Below, piece after piece: positions 30,338 to 39,760 of a stretch of 64,000 bases of DNA. The stretch's first letter is position 1, and each line of letters opens with the position of its first letter. Under the pieces are notes generated by a model. It made no database searches. It saw nothing but the letters and a program-made list of their open reading frames with translations, and was not told where the DNA came from. This stretch comes from Thainema sp. (GTDB taxonomy: Bacteria; Cyanobacteriota; Cyanobacteriia; Phormidesmidales; Phormidesmidaceae): assembly GCA_052168235.1 (NCBI GenBank), contig JBQLZK010000019.1, positions 33,955 through 97,954 on the forward strand, in the 5' to 3' direction. Both the position numbers and the translations under genes were made by a program.

Positions 30338-31972
30338 TCAAGGCAGAAAATGAGCTGTTTTGCTTTCGACCAGTTGGCCACTTTCCAATTTCAATATTCG
30401 GTCAGCCAAATGAAAATATTTATCGTCATGAGTAATCACCAGCACTAGTTTGCCACGCCGCTTCAGTTCCGGCAGAATTTCGCTGTAAAAAATGGCCTTA
30501 AACTGCGGATCTTGGTCAGCAGCCCATTCATCAAACAAGTAAATCGGACGATCTTCCAGATAGGCGGTTAGCAGGGCAAGACGCTTGCGCTGTCCCTGCG
30601 ATAGCGCTGTTGTGGACAATGTGCCTGACTCAATCTGCACTTTATGGTCAAGCTGTAGGTCTGCCAGATAGGTTTGCGCTTGAGATAGCAACGTTGAGTT
30701 ATCGAGCGCAATCAGACGGTTAAACAGGTAGAAATCGGCGAATATGGCAGAGAACTGCTGCCGATAGGCTTCGCGATCGCAGTCGGTCACAGGTTTGCCA
30801 TCGAGCCAAATTTCTCCCGCTTCAGGTGTGTAAAGGCCAGTAATCAGCTTGGCTAGGGTAGATTTGCCGCTACCGTTGCCGCCGATGATGAATACCACCT
30901 CGCGCGGGTAGAACGTTAAGTGCAGTGGCCCCAGCGTAAACGGATTAGAGTCGCGATCGTTGGCGTAGGTGTGGGTAACGCCGCGCAGCTCCAGATGTTG
31001 CCAGTCCTGCTGTTGCGGCATAACGTGGGTGCTAGGAGGCTCTAGCCAGCGGTGCAGCATCAGACCAAAGGATTCCACCTGATCGAGTGCTACGCTGGCG
31101 CGGCTAAGAATTGGCAGTCGCCGCATCAGGTTTTCCAGCGGTGTGGTCAAGTAAATGATGGTCAAAATATAGCTGGAAACCAGGGGAGACGGTAGATTCC
31201 ACTGCTGAGGCAGCACAAATAGAAAAAGGCTGAGGATGCCAAAAAATAGGAACTGGCCCCAACTTGCGGCTCCGGCAAAAATGCCCATGCCCATGATGTT
31301 GTGATGACGGTAGCGCGATGCCGTCTGGTGTAAGTCATCAGCGATAAAGACCTGCCGCCGCTGATAGTGTAGCTTCAGCTCCTTGGTACCGTTGACGATG
31401 CCGCGAAAGTGGTGAAATAGCTGATTCTGCTCTTCCCGAGCCTGCACTAGAAAACGCCTAGCGCGCCGCGCAATCAGCTGATAGGTGACAGTGGCTAGGG
31501 CGATAAAGGCAAACATGATCAGAAAGAGCGGCAGTGACAGCCACGCTAAGTAAACGAGCGACCCGACCACGATGGCTAAATCAATGCAGAGAAAGGGAAT
31601 GACGCTAAAAGCTGATGAAATTACTTCAATATCGGAGGTCAAGGCTGCTAGCAAGCGGTGGCTACCCAGTTCTTCTAATCGCCGCAGGGGACAGCCCAAA
31701 ATTTGCCGCGTCAGCATCAGCCGCAGTTGCAATAACGCCCCTTGAGCCAGCCGAATCAGCATTAGTTGAGAAATATAGCCCGCGACCAAGACGACTAGCA
31801 GCAGGCCAAAGAAGTAAGCGAGAAATTCGGCTGTAACCATTTGCCGACCGTTGACGACCTCGTTGACTAAGGCCACTAATCGAGCGCTGCCGCCACCGCT
31901 CAAGATGCCAGCAATGATAGCCGCACTGATACCAAACCGGGACGTTCGCAGCAGCAGGTGAATTAAATTCAT
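30338..31972 (-). CDS. Cyclic peptide export ABC transporter (PvdE/SyrD family)
   Basis: GTKELKL, GGNGSGKST, LSQGQRKRLAL, FDEWAADQDP, ITHDD. Confidence 0.93.
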   Translation of the reverse strand: MNLIHLLLRTSRFGISAAIIAGILSGGGSARLVALVNEVVNGRQMVTAEFLAYFFGLLLVVLVAGYISQLMLIRLAQGALLQLRLMLTRQILGCPLRRLEELGSHRLLAALTSDIEVISSAFSVIPFLCIDLAIVVGSLVYLAWLSLPLFLIMFAFIALATVTYQLIARRARRFLVQAREEQNQLFHHFRGIVNGTKELKLHYQRRQVFIADDLHQTASRYRHHNIMGMGIFAGAASWGQFLFFGILSLFLFVLPQQWNLPSPLVSSYILTIIYLTTPLENLMRRLPILSRASVALDQVESFGLMLHRWLEPPSTHVMPQQQDWQHLELRGVTHTYANDRDSNPFTLGPLHLTFYPREVVFIIGGNGSGKSTLAKLITGLYTPEAGEIWLDGKPVTDCDREAYRQQFSAIFADFYLFNRLIALDNSTLLSQAQTYLADLQLDHKVQIESGTLSTTALSQGQRKRLALLTAYLEDRPIYLFDEWAADQDPQFKAIFYSEILPELKRRGKLVLVITHDDKYFHLADRILKLESGQLVESKTAHFLP

Positions 31973-32017
31973 GAAACACTCCTCACAAACCAGGCGAGGA
32001 AAACCTGATTGAATTTA

Positions 32018-32036
32018 GTTGACAAAGATTCTTAAA
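32018..32036. promoter_or_regulatory. Putative Fur box in the divergent exporter/NRPS promoter
   Basis: GTTGACAAAGATTCTTAAA; overlaps a TTGACA -35-like hexamer. Confidence 0.55.
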
Positions 32037-32221
32037 AACATTTAATCTGCTACTGCAAGGATTGGCAATCATTAATTCTGCATTCAGTTTTCCCATAGTC
32101 TCATCCGCACAGTTTATTTATACGGACTTATCGAAAATATCTACTAATAAGTGGATGCACATTGGAGTATTAAACCCAAGCAGTCAATGCTAGCTGAGAA
32201 GATTTAGCAAGAGGATGCATC

Positions 32222-33799
32222 ATGACGTTTACAAACTCTGCGGCTGGAACTGTAAGTGATATTACAAGCGGCGATGCGATCGCAGATTTGTCTCCAACTG
32301 AAAAGCGATCGCGATTGGCTGCTTTGCTAAAGCAGTATATTCAGCAGGCCAACCAGTTTCCGCTATCGTTCGCTCAACAGCGGCTGTGGTTTTTAGATCA
32401 GCTCCAGCCCGGCAGTCCGGCCTACACCATGATGGTGGCGGTGCGGCTGCGGGGTCGGCTCCAGTTTACAGCTTTTGAGCAAGCGCTTCAGAGCTTAGTG
32501 CAGCGGCATGAAGCTCTGCGGACTAATTTTGTCCTAGTCGATGGACAGCCGTACCAGCGCATTCATCCCGTCACCCATCTGTCGCTGCCGCAGATTGAGC
32601 GAACTGACCTGTCGGCGCAGTGGTCAACCCAATCACCCGAGCAACAAGAGCAGATCATCCACTCCTATGTGCTCCAGCTTGCCCAGCAGCCATTTGATTT
32701 GGCTCACGATCAACTCGTGCGATCGCAGATCTTGCAGCTTGATGCCGATACTCACGTGATGCTGTTGGCGATGCACCACATTGTCTCGGATGGCTGGTCA
32801 ATGGAAGTGCTGATTCGGGAACTAGCGATACTGTACGAGGCGCATTTGCACAATCATCCGCCTGACCTGCCGCCCTTGCCAATTCAGTATGCGGATTTTG
32901 CGGTGTGGCAGCGACAGTTTCTTCAGGGCGATGTCCTGACTCAGCAGTTGGACTATTGGCGATCGCAGTTGTCTCCTCTCTCCGCACTGCCCAGTCTGCC
33001 GACTGATTTTCCTCGGCCTGCGGTACGCAGCCATCAGGGCGATCGGCACGGTTTAGCTATCTCCGCGACGCTGACGGCTAAGCTACAGGAACTCAGCCAG
33101 CAGGCGGATGTGACGCTGTTTATGACCACTCTGGCCGCATTCAAAGTTTTGCTGTACGACTACACTCAGCAGCCTGACATCCGCGTGGGCACTCCGGTTG
33201 CCAATCGTGATCGGCCTGAAGTGGCGAACCTGATTGGCTTTTTTACGAATACGCTGGTGTTGCGTAGTGAGATGAGCGGTCATTCGACGTTTCGCGATCT
33301 GCTGCAACAGGTGCGGGATACTGCCGTTAGCGCTTATGCCCATCAGGACTTGCCGTTTGAAAAACTGGTCGAGGAACTGCAGCCGCAGCGAACGCTGGCC
33401 CAAACGCCGCTCTTTCAGGTGTGGTTTTATCTCCAGGCCGACCCGATGACCACCGTTTCGTTTCCAGGCCTAATGCTGGAGCCGCTTGAGGTTAATCTCA
33501 ATACCGCTAAGCACGACCTGAAATTGGGACTCTGGGAGACTGCCGCTGGCTTGAGTGGCGCACTGGAATACAGTACTGACCTATTTGAATCCGCTACGGT
33601 AGAGCGACTGGCGCGGCATTATGAAGCACTATTGGCTCGGATTGCCAGTCATCCAGACGATTCCCTGGATCAGCTAGTGGCCTATCTCCGCGACCTCGAT
33701 CAGCAGGCGCAAACCCAGCAGGTGCAAACGCTACAGTCTACGCCACTCCAGAAACTCAAGCGCACCCGCCGTCAAACCCACTCATCCAGTCATTCTTAA
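32222..33799 (+). CDS. Stand-alone NRPS condensation domain protein with N-terminal docking helix
   Basis: LSFAQQRLWFL, RHEALRT, intact HHIVSDG, HQDLPFEKLV; no A or T domain. Confidence 0.9.
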   Translation: MTFTNSAAGTVSDITSGDAIADLSPTEKRSRLAALLKQYIQQANQFPLSFAQQRLWFLDQLQPGSPAYTMMVAVRLRGRLQFTAFEQALQSLVQRHEALRTNFVLVDGQPYQRIHPVTHLSLPQIERTDLSAQWSTQSPEQQEQIIHSYVLQLAQQPFDLAHDQLVRSQILQLDADTHVMLLAMHHIVSDGWSMEVLIRELAILYEAHLHNHPPDLPPLPIQYADFAVWQRQFLQGDVLTQQLDYWRSQLSPLSALPSLPTDFPRPAVRSHQGDRHGLAISATLTAKLQELSQQADVTLFMTTLAAFKVLLYDYTQQPDIRVGTPVANRDRPEVANLIGFFTNTLVLRSEMSGHSTFRDLLQQVRDTAVSAYAHQDLPFEKLVEELQPQRTLAQTPLFQVWFYLQADPMTTVSFPGLMLEPLEVNLNTAKHDLKLGLWETAAGLSGALEYSTDLFESATVERLARHYEALLARIASHPDDSLDQLVAYLRDLDQQAQTQQVQTLQSTPLQKLKRTRRQTHSSSHS

Positions 33800-33821
33800 A
33801 TAGATTGGCATAAATAAACGC

Positions 33822-33874
33822 ATCTAAAAAACCGGGGGAGCGCCCCGGAGGGGCGCTCCCCCGGTTTTTTAGAT
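33822..33874. repeat. Perfect 25-bp inverted repeat (core of a roughly 100 bp palindromic element)
   Basis: ATCTAAAAAACCGGGGGAGCGCCCC-gga-GGGGCGCTCCCCCGGTTTTTTAGAT, with imperfect outer arms. Confidence 0.85.
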
Positions 33875-33941
33875 ATGCATTTATTTATATGCAGCTACTT
33901 AATTACCAATTTATTGCTAGCTAACTTCAGCTCCTAGAACT

Positions 33942-34988
33942 ATGCAACATGCGCCACGTCAACGATTAGGGCAGATGCGCCGCCGCACCATGCAGGTGTC
34001 TCCCACCGCCCTAGTTACGACTACGTTCCTCAACCCAGCATCACTGCCGCTCGTTGTGCAGCCGAATCAAACGGCTCTCCAATTGTCCGAGTGGGCTGCT
34101 ACCCAAACGGACTGGATTGAAGATCAGCTCTACCGCTACGGGGGAATTCTGTTTCGCGGGTTTGAGGTGGGTGGCACTGAGGGATTTGAGCAGTTTTTGC
34201 GATCGCAGGGTGGTGATTTGCTGGACTATCGCTACCGCTCGACACCGCGCACCCAGGTCAGCGGCAAGGTTTATACCTCGACCGAGTATCCAGCTAGTCA
34301 ATCGATCCCGCTCCATAACGAGATGGCCTACAGCCGCGAGTGGCCGCTCAAAATTGCCTTCTTCTGCACCCAACCCGCTGCCGCTGGCGGAAACACGCCG
34401 ATTGCCGATAGCCGACGGGTATTTCAGTCGCTGCCGAGGGAAATGTGCGATCGCTGGCAGCAGCGCGGCATTCGCTACGTTCGCAACTATGGTGGCAGAT
34501 TGGATCTACCCTGGCAGACGGTCTTTCAAACTGAAGACCCTGCCGAGGTGGAAGCCTTCTGTCAGGCCAAGGGCATGACTTGGGACTGGCTAGACCCTGA
34601 TCGTCTCCGCACTCAGCAAATCTGCCAAGCCACAGTCAATCATCCCGACACCGGGGAATCTGTCTGGTTTAATCAAGCTCACCTGTTCCACATTTCTAGT
34701 CTCGATCCCACCGTTCGCGCTGGCTTACTGGCCGACTTAGCGACAGCAGAACTGCCGCGTAATGCCTACTTTGGTGATGGTGCGCCACTGGATGAGCCAG
34801 AGCTAGCCACGATTCGGGCGGCTTACCAAGCGGCTACAGTGGAATTCACTTGGCAAGCTGGAGATGTGCTGCTACTGGACAACCTACTCGTTGCCCACGG
34901 GCGGACTCCCTTCCAGGGCGCTCGGCAAGTGCTAGTCGGCATGGCGCAGCCACACAGCCTGCCGTTTGAACTCCAATTTAGCCTCTAG
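33942..34988 (+). CDS. TauD/TfdA Fe(II)/2-oxoglutarate dioxygenase, SyrP-like aspartyl beta-hydroxylase
   Basis: RSTPR, VYTSTEYP, HNE, WFNQAHLFH, DNLLVAHGR; adjacent to the interface-A(Asp) module. Confidence 0.9.
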   Translation: MQHAPRQRLGQMRRRTMQVSPTALVTTTFLNPASLPLVVQPNQTALQLSEWAATQTDWIEDQLYRYGGILFRGFEVGGTEGFEQFLRSQGGDLLDYRYRSTPRTQVSGKVYTSTEYPASQSIPLHNEMAYSREWPLKIAFFCTQPAAAGGNTPIADSRRVFQSLPREMCDRWQQRGIRYVRNYGGRLDLPWQTVFQTEDPAEVEAFCQAKGMTWDWLDPDRLRTQQICQATVNHPDTGESVWFNQAHLFHISSLDPTVRAGLLADLATAELPRNAYFGDGAPLDEPELATIRAAYQAATVEFTWQAGDVLLLDNLLVAHGRTPFQGARQVLVGMAQPHSLPFELQFSL

Positions 34989-35003
34989 TTCAGGATTTGC
35001 CCC

Positions 35004-35036
35004 GTAGGGGCGAACACCATTCGCCCCTGCCCCTAC
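35004..35036. repeat. GTAG-type REP hairpin
   Basis: GTAGGGGCGAA...TTCGCCCCT...CCCCTAC. Confidence 0.6.
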
Positions 35037-35084
35037 GTAAGTTTGTTCATTTTAAACCGATTAACATTAATCCTATTCGTAATC

Positions 35085-38000
35085 ATGCAGACGACTCAAT
35101 CTCCCTCTCCCTCAGCAATTGAAGGATATCGCCTGTCGCCCCAGCAGCAGCGCATCTGGAAACTACAGTCGATTCACCCAGATCAGCCCTTCCGTGTATC
35201 AGCGCAAATTCGGTATCACGGAGCGCTAGAGGCTGAACAATTGCAGATTGCCCTCCAGCAGCTGATCAACCGCCATGAAATTCTCCGCACTACATTTCGT
35301 ACCTTGCCAGGGATGACAGTGCCGCTACAGGTGATTGCGCCGACGCTTGATCCGGCTACGGTCTTGACAACTCACGATTGGCGGGATGTGTCAGTGACTG
35401 ACCTCGCCTCTAAAATCGCCCATTGTCTGGAACAGCCATTTAACTGGGTGCAAGGCCCGCTTTTACAGGTTCACTGGTTACAGCGGCAGCCGTCTGATGA
35501 TATTTTGCTGATTAGCTTACCTGCACTCTGTGCCGATGCGGCAACGTTGCCATTGCTAATTCAAGAGCTGCAACAGCTTTACAACAGCAATACCGCTGCC
35601 CCAGCAAGCGAACCCTTGCAGTATGCCGATTTGGCCGAATGGCAGGCCGATTTGCTGGAAAGTGAAGAGACGGCTGCTGGACGTAGCTACTGGCGACGCA
35701 CTAGTCATTTAGATGACTGCATTCAATCGCTGCCTTTGGAGCATTCCAGTCCACAGACTACATTTCGACCCTGCACCCACTCCCTGTCGCTGCCAGCCGA
35801 CCAAGTACAACGGATACAGAGCTGGGCCGCTCAACAGGATGTCACCGTGGCCGATGTATGTCTGGCCACTTGGCAGATAGTGATGGGGCGACTGAGCGGA
35901 CAAACGGCAATCACTTTGGGCTATACCTGTGATGAGCGTCAGCAGTATGAGGAACTGCAAACAGCAGCAGGATTGCTAACGCGGGATCTGCCGCTGTGGA
36001 TCAAGCTGCCGTCCGAGCAAACGTTTCTGGATATCGTGCAGCAGACCCGTGCCGCTGTGCAGGATATCCAGCCCTGGCAGGACTACTTTGCCTGGGAGCA
36101 GATTCAGCCCCAGTCCACTGGCGGCTTTCCAGTCAGCTTTGGCTTTGAAAGTGTATCTGGATCTGCGATCGCAACTCCGTTTCAGCTAGAGCGAATTTTG
36201 GCTTGCCTAGAACCGTTTACGCTGCGGCTGGTCTGTCGGCACAACGCTGATCACGCTTCAGATCAGGACAGCTTGACGGCTGACTTTTACTATGATGCCA
36301 ACCGTCTATCTGCGGCGGCTGTGGAGCAAATTCAGGGTCACTGGCTGACGCTGCTGCTGGCAGCAATCGCGCAGCCGAATACCCCCATTGCTCAACTGCC
36401 GTTGTTAACTGCGGCAGAGCGGCAGAGACTACTGATTGATTTTAATGCGAATTCTACTGATCCATTGCCCTATGCAAGTTGGCATCAGTGGTTTGAAGAT
36501 CAGGTGAAGCAAACGCCCGATCAGCCTGCGGCGCGGTTTGAAGATCAGCAGTTGACCTACCGCGAACTCAATGCCCGTGCGAATCAGCTCGCCCACTACC
36601 TGAGGCAGACTGGCGTTAAACCAGAGAGTATTGTAGCGATTGTCCTACCGCGCTCTCTTGACTGGCTAATTGCCGTGCTGGGCGTTCTCAAATCGGGTGG
36701 AGCCTACCTGCCGCTTGATCCACATCAGCCTGTCGAGCGGCTCAATCATCTGTGCCAGAGCGCAGGAGCTGTTACCGTTCTAACAAATGCTGAGATCTGC
36801 GATCGCATCTTCAATCACATCTCAGGCTCAATGCCGGTTGTTGCACTGGATCGGGATTGGCCGACCATTGCGTCATCTAGTGTCGAGCATAGCGCCGAGA
36901 ATCCGGAGAACCCAACCCAGTCGTCTCATCTGGTGTATGTGATGTATACGTCGGGATCTACTGGCCAACCGAAGGGCGTTGCCGTGGAGCATCGCCAACT
37001 GCTGAACTATGTACAGGGCATTATCCCGCAGCTACAGCTCAGCTCGGCAGCGCACTACGGTATGGTGTCTAGCGTGGCGGCAGACTTGGGTCATACGATG
37101 CTGTTTCCGGCCCTCTGCACGGGTGGATGCCTGCATCTGCTGTCGGAGGATCGGGTACTACAGGCGGAAGCACTGGCAGATTACTGCCGTCAGTATCCTC
37201 TAGATAGCTTGAAAATTGTGCCATCTCACCTAGCGGCTTTGCTGAGTGAAAGCGAGTCGGCGGATTGGTTGCCGCGTCAGTGTTTGGTGCTGGGCGGAGA
37301 GGCCGTTCCCAGCTCATTAGTTGCGACGGTGCGGCGTCAGGCTACCCATTGCCGCATTTTGAATCACTACGGGCCGACTGAAACGACAGTCGGTGTGTTG
37401 ACCCATGTGATTACTGATGGTTTAGAGCCTGGTGAGGCTAGCGACCTAGACGAGGTGACTGTTCCCTTGGGTCGTCCTCTGCCGAATGTGCAGGTTTATG
37501 TGTTAGATGCCGCGCTACAACCCTTGCCAATCGGGGTGCCGGGCGAGCTCTATATTGGCGGTGCTTCGGTATCTCGTGGCTATTGGCAACAGCCTGATTT
37601 AACGGCAGAACGCTTTATTGCCAATCCGTTTGGCCAGGGGCTGCTGTATAAAACAGGCGATCGGGTGCGGCACCTATCGAACGGAACGCTGGAATTTCTG
37701 GGCCGAACCGACGATCAAATCAAGCTGCGGGGTTATAGAATCGAGCTGGGCGAGATCACAGCCGTTTTGCAGCAGCATCCTGCTGTTCAGCAGGCAATTA
37801 CGCTGTTGCGAACCGATAGTCCGGAAATATCGCGGCTGGTTGCCTATGTGGTGCCTGCACGACAGTCGAATACTTCTCCAGGGACGTTCACCAATCGCTC
37901 GACAGATGAGCTTGACCTGCGCCACTATCTAGCCGAAAAGCTGCCGGACTACATGGTGCCGACGGCGATTGTGCAACTGCGGGCATTTCCCCTGACGGCT

Positions 38001-39758
38001 AACGGCAAAATTGATCGACAGGCCCTGCCTGTGCCACCGACCCAGCGAGCTGAGCAGGCCGTTGCGCCAAGAACGCCAGCTGAGCAAATCCTGACCGAGA
38101 TCTGGCAGCAGCTACTGGGCGTTGACGCGGTGGGTATTCACGACAACTTCTTCGAGCTGGGCGGAGATTCCATTCTGAGTATTCAAGCGATCGCAAAAGC
38201 GAATCAGGCTGGATTGCAGCTAACTCCGCGTCAGCTGTTTGAACATCAAACGATTGCAGCGCTGGCTGCTGTCGCCGGAACGGAAGCCGTATCGGTGGCT
38301 GAGCAGGGGCAGGTGACGGGTACTTTACCGCTGACACCCATTCAGCATCGATTCTTTGAGCAGGTTATTCCTAATCGCCATCACTGGAACCAAGCGGTTT
38401 TACTCGCGACGCGCACGCCAATTGAGCCAACCGTATTAGAGCAAGCATTACAGCATTTGCTTCAGCACCACGATGCCCTGCGGCTGAGGTTTCAGCAGCA
38501 TGACCAGGGTTGGCAGGCCATTCACCGCGATGATGCCACCGTTCAGCTCACTGTAGTTGATGGGCGATCTTTGTCGCAGCCGGAATACCAGGAGCAGATT
38601 GCGTTCTGGGCGGAGAAGCTACAAACCTCGATGAATTTGGCAACAGGGCCATTAGTCCAAGCCGCTTGGTTTGATTGGGGAAGTCAGCGATCAGGTCGAT
38701 TGCTGCTGGTGGTGCATCATTTGGTCATTGACGGGGTATCGTGGCGAATTCTGCTGGACGACCTACAGACGGTATATCACCAGCTTCAGCAGAGGCAATC
38801 CGTTGAGCTACCTGCAAAGACAACGGCCTTTAAGCAGTGGGCTGAACAGTTGACGGTGTATGCCCAGTCACCAGAACTACAGGCAAAGCAGACGGAGTGG
38901 CAGTTTGTACAAGAGGCAGAAGCAGCTCTGCCCGTTGATGATCCAGCCGGACAAAATGCGATCGCAACGGCTCAAACGGTGTCGGTGCAGCTTGATGCTG
39001 CCGCCACGAAAGCCCTGTTGCAAGATGTTCCTCAGGCTTATCAGACGCAGATTAATGACGTGCTGCTGACGGCACTGATGCAAGCGATCGCACCTTGGAT
39101 CGGGCGCTCATCGTTGCTGCTGGAGCTAGAAGGACATGGCCGAGAGGATGTTGGCGGTCAGCTCGATCTGTCGCGCACGGTCGGCTGGTTTACGGCTATC
39201 TTCCCGGTTCAGCTAACGCTGCCCACAGGTAATGCAGCCGGAGCGGCGCTAATGGCGATTAAGGAACAGCTCCGGCACAGTGGCAGGGGAATTGATTACG
39301 GCGTGTTGCGCTACTTAAGTTCGAATCACTCCGCTAGGCAAGATGGGCAGGCAGAAGTGCGATCGCAGTTTCAGCAGCACCCACAGCCACAGCTTATTTT
39401 CAATTACCTGGGGCAGTTTGACAGTAGCTTACCTGAAACAGGCTTGTTTGATATTGCGCCTGAATCCCACGGCGTAAGCCGCGATCCGCAAGCAGAGCGA
39501 CGGCATCTCATTGAAATCAACGGTCGCATCCTGGCTGGACAGCTACAGTTGGACTGGACGTACAGCAGCCAGTGCCATCAGCGGCAGACCATTGAGCGCT
39601 TGGCTCATAGCACTTTGAACAAGTTGCGATCGCTGATTGAACACTGTACGGCAGCGGATGCGGGTGGCTACACGCCGTCTGATTTTCCTCAAGCGCAGCT
39701 CAGCCAAACGGACTTAGAGCAGGTACTGGCTCAATTAGCGCAGACGGAGGAGGCTTAG
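35085..39758 (+). CDS. NRPS: interface(C-like)-A(Asp)-T-E
   Basis: The C-like domain has SLPALCADA instead of HHxxxDG. A-domain code read by eye is DLTKVGHVGK (Asp). T domain GGDSI; E domain HHLVIDGVSW, EGHGRE, SRTVGWFT; COM tail TPSDFP. Confidence 0.92.
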   Translation: MQTTQSPSPSAIEGYRLSPQQQRIWKLQSIHPDQPFRVSAQIRYHGALEAEQLQIALQQLINRHEILRTTFRTLPGMTVPLQVIAPTLDPATVLTTHDWRDVSVTDLASKIAHCLEQPFNWVQGPLLQVHWLQRQPSDDILLISLPALCADAATLPLLIQELQQLYNSNTAAPASEPLQYADLAEWQADLLESEETAAGRSYWRRTSHLDDCIQSLPLEHSSPQTTFRPCTHSLSLPADQVQRIQSWAAQQDVTVADVCLATWQIVMGRLSGQTAITLGYTCDERQQYEELQTAAGLLTRDLPLWIKLPSEQTFLDIVQQTRAAVQDIQPWQDYFAWEQIQPQSTGGFPVSFGFESVSGSAIATPFQLERILACLEPFTLRLVCRHNADHASDQDSLTADFYYDANRLSAAAVEQIQGHWLTLLLAAIAQPNTPIAQLPLLTAAERQRLLIDFNANSTDPLPYASWHQWFEDQVKQTPDQPAARFEDQQLTYRELNARANQLAHYLRQTGVKPESIVAIVLPRSLDWLIAVLGVLKSGGAYLPLDPHQPVERLNHLCQSAGAVTVLTNAEICDRIFNHISGSMPVVALDRDWPTIASSSVEHSAENPENPTQSSHLVYVMYTSGSTGQPKGVAVEHRQLLNYVQGIIPQLQLSSAAHYGMVSSVAADLGHTMLFPALCTGGCLHLLSEDRVLQAEALADYCRQYPLDSLKIVPSHLAALLSESESADWLPRQCLVLGGEAVPSSLVATVRRQATHCRILNHYGPTETTVGVLTHVITDGLEPGEASDLDEVTVPLGRPLPNVQVYVLDAALQPLPIGVPGELYIGGASVSRGYWQQPDLTAERFIANPFGQGLLYKTGDRVRHLSNGTLEFLGRTDDQIKLRGYRIELGEITAVLQQHPAVQQAITLLRTDSPEISRLVAYVVPARQSNTSPGTFTNRSTDELDLRHYLAEKLPDYMVPTAIVQLRAFPLTANGKIDRQALPVPPTQRAEQAVAPRTPAEQILTEIWQQLLGVDAVGIHDNFFELGGDSILSIQAIAKANQAGLQLTPRQLFEHQTIAALAAVAGTEAVSVAEQGQVTGTLPLTPIQHRFFEQVIPNRHHWNQAVLLATRTPIEPTVLEQALQHLLQHHDALRLRFQQHDQGWQAIHRDDATVQLTVVDGRSLSQPEYQEQIAFWAEKLQTSMNLATGPLVQAAWFDWGSQRSGRLLLVVHHLVIDGVSWRILLDDLQTVYHQLQQRQSVELPAKTTAFKQWAEQLTVYAQSPELQAKQTEWQFVQEAEAALPVDDPAGQNAIATAQTVSVQLDAAATKALLQDVPQAYQTQINDVLLTALMQAIAPWIGRSSLLLELEGHGREDVGGQLDLSRTVGWFTAIFPVQLTLPTGNAAGAALMAIKEQLRHSGRGIDYGVLRYLSSNHSARQDGQAEVRSQFQQHPQPQLIFNYLGQFDSSLPETGLFDIAPESHGVSRDPQAERRHLIEINGRILAGQLQLDWTYSSQCHQRQTIERLAHSTLNKLRSLIEHCTAADAGGYTPSDFPQAQLSQTDLEQVLAQLAQTEEA

Positions 39759-39760
39759 TC

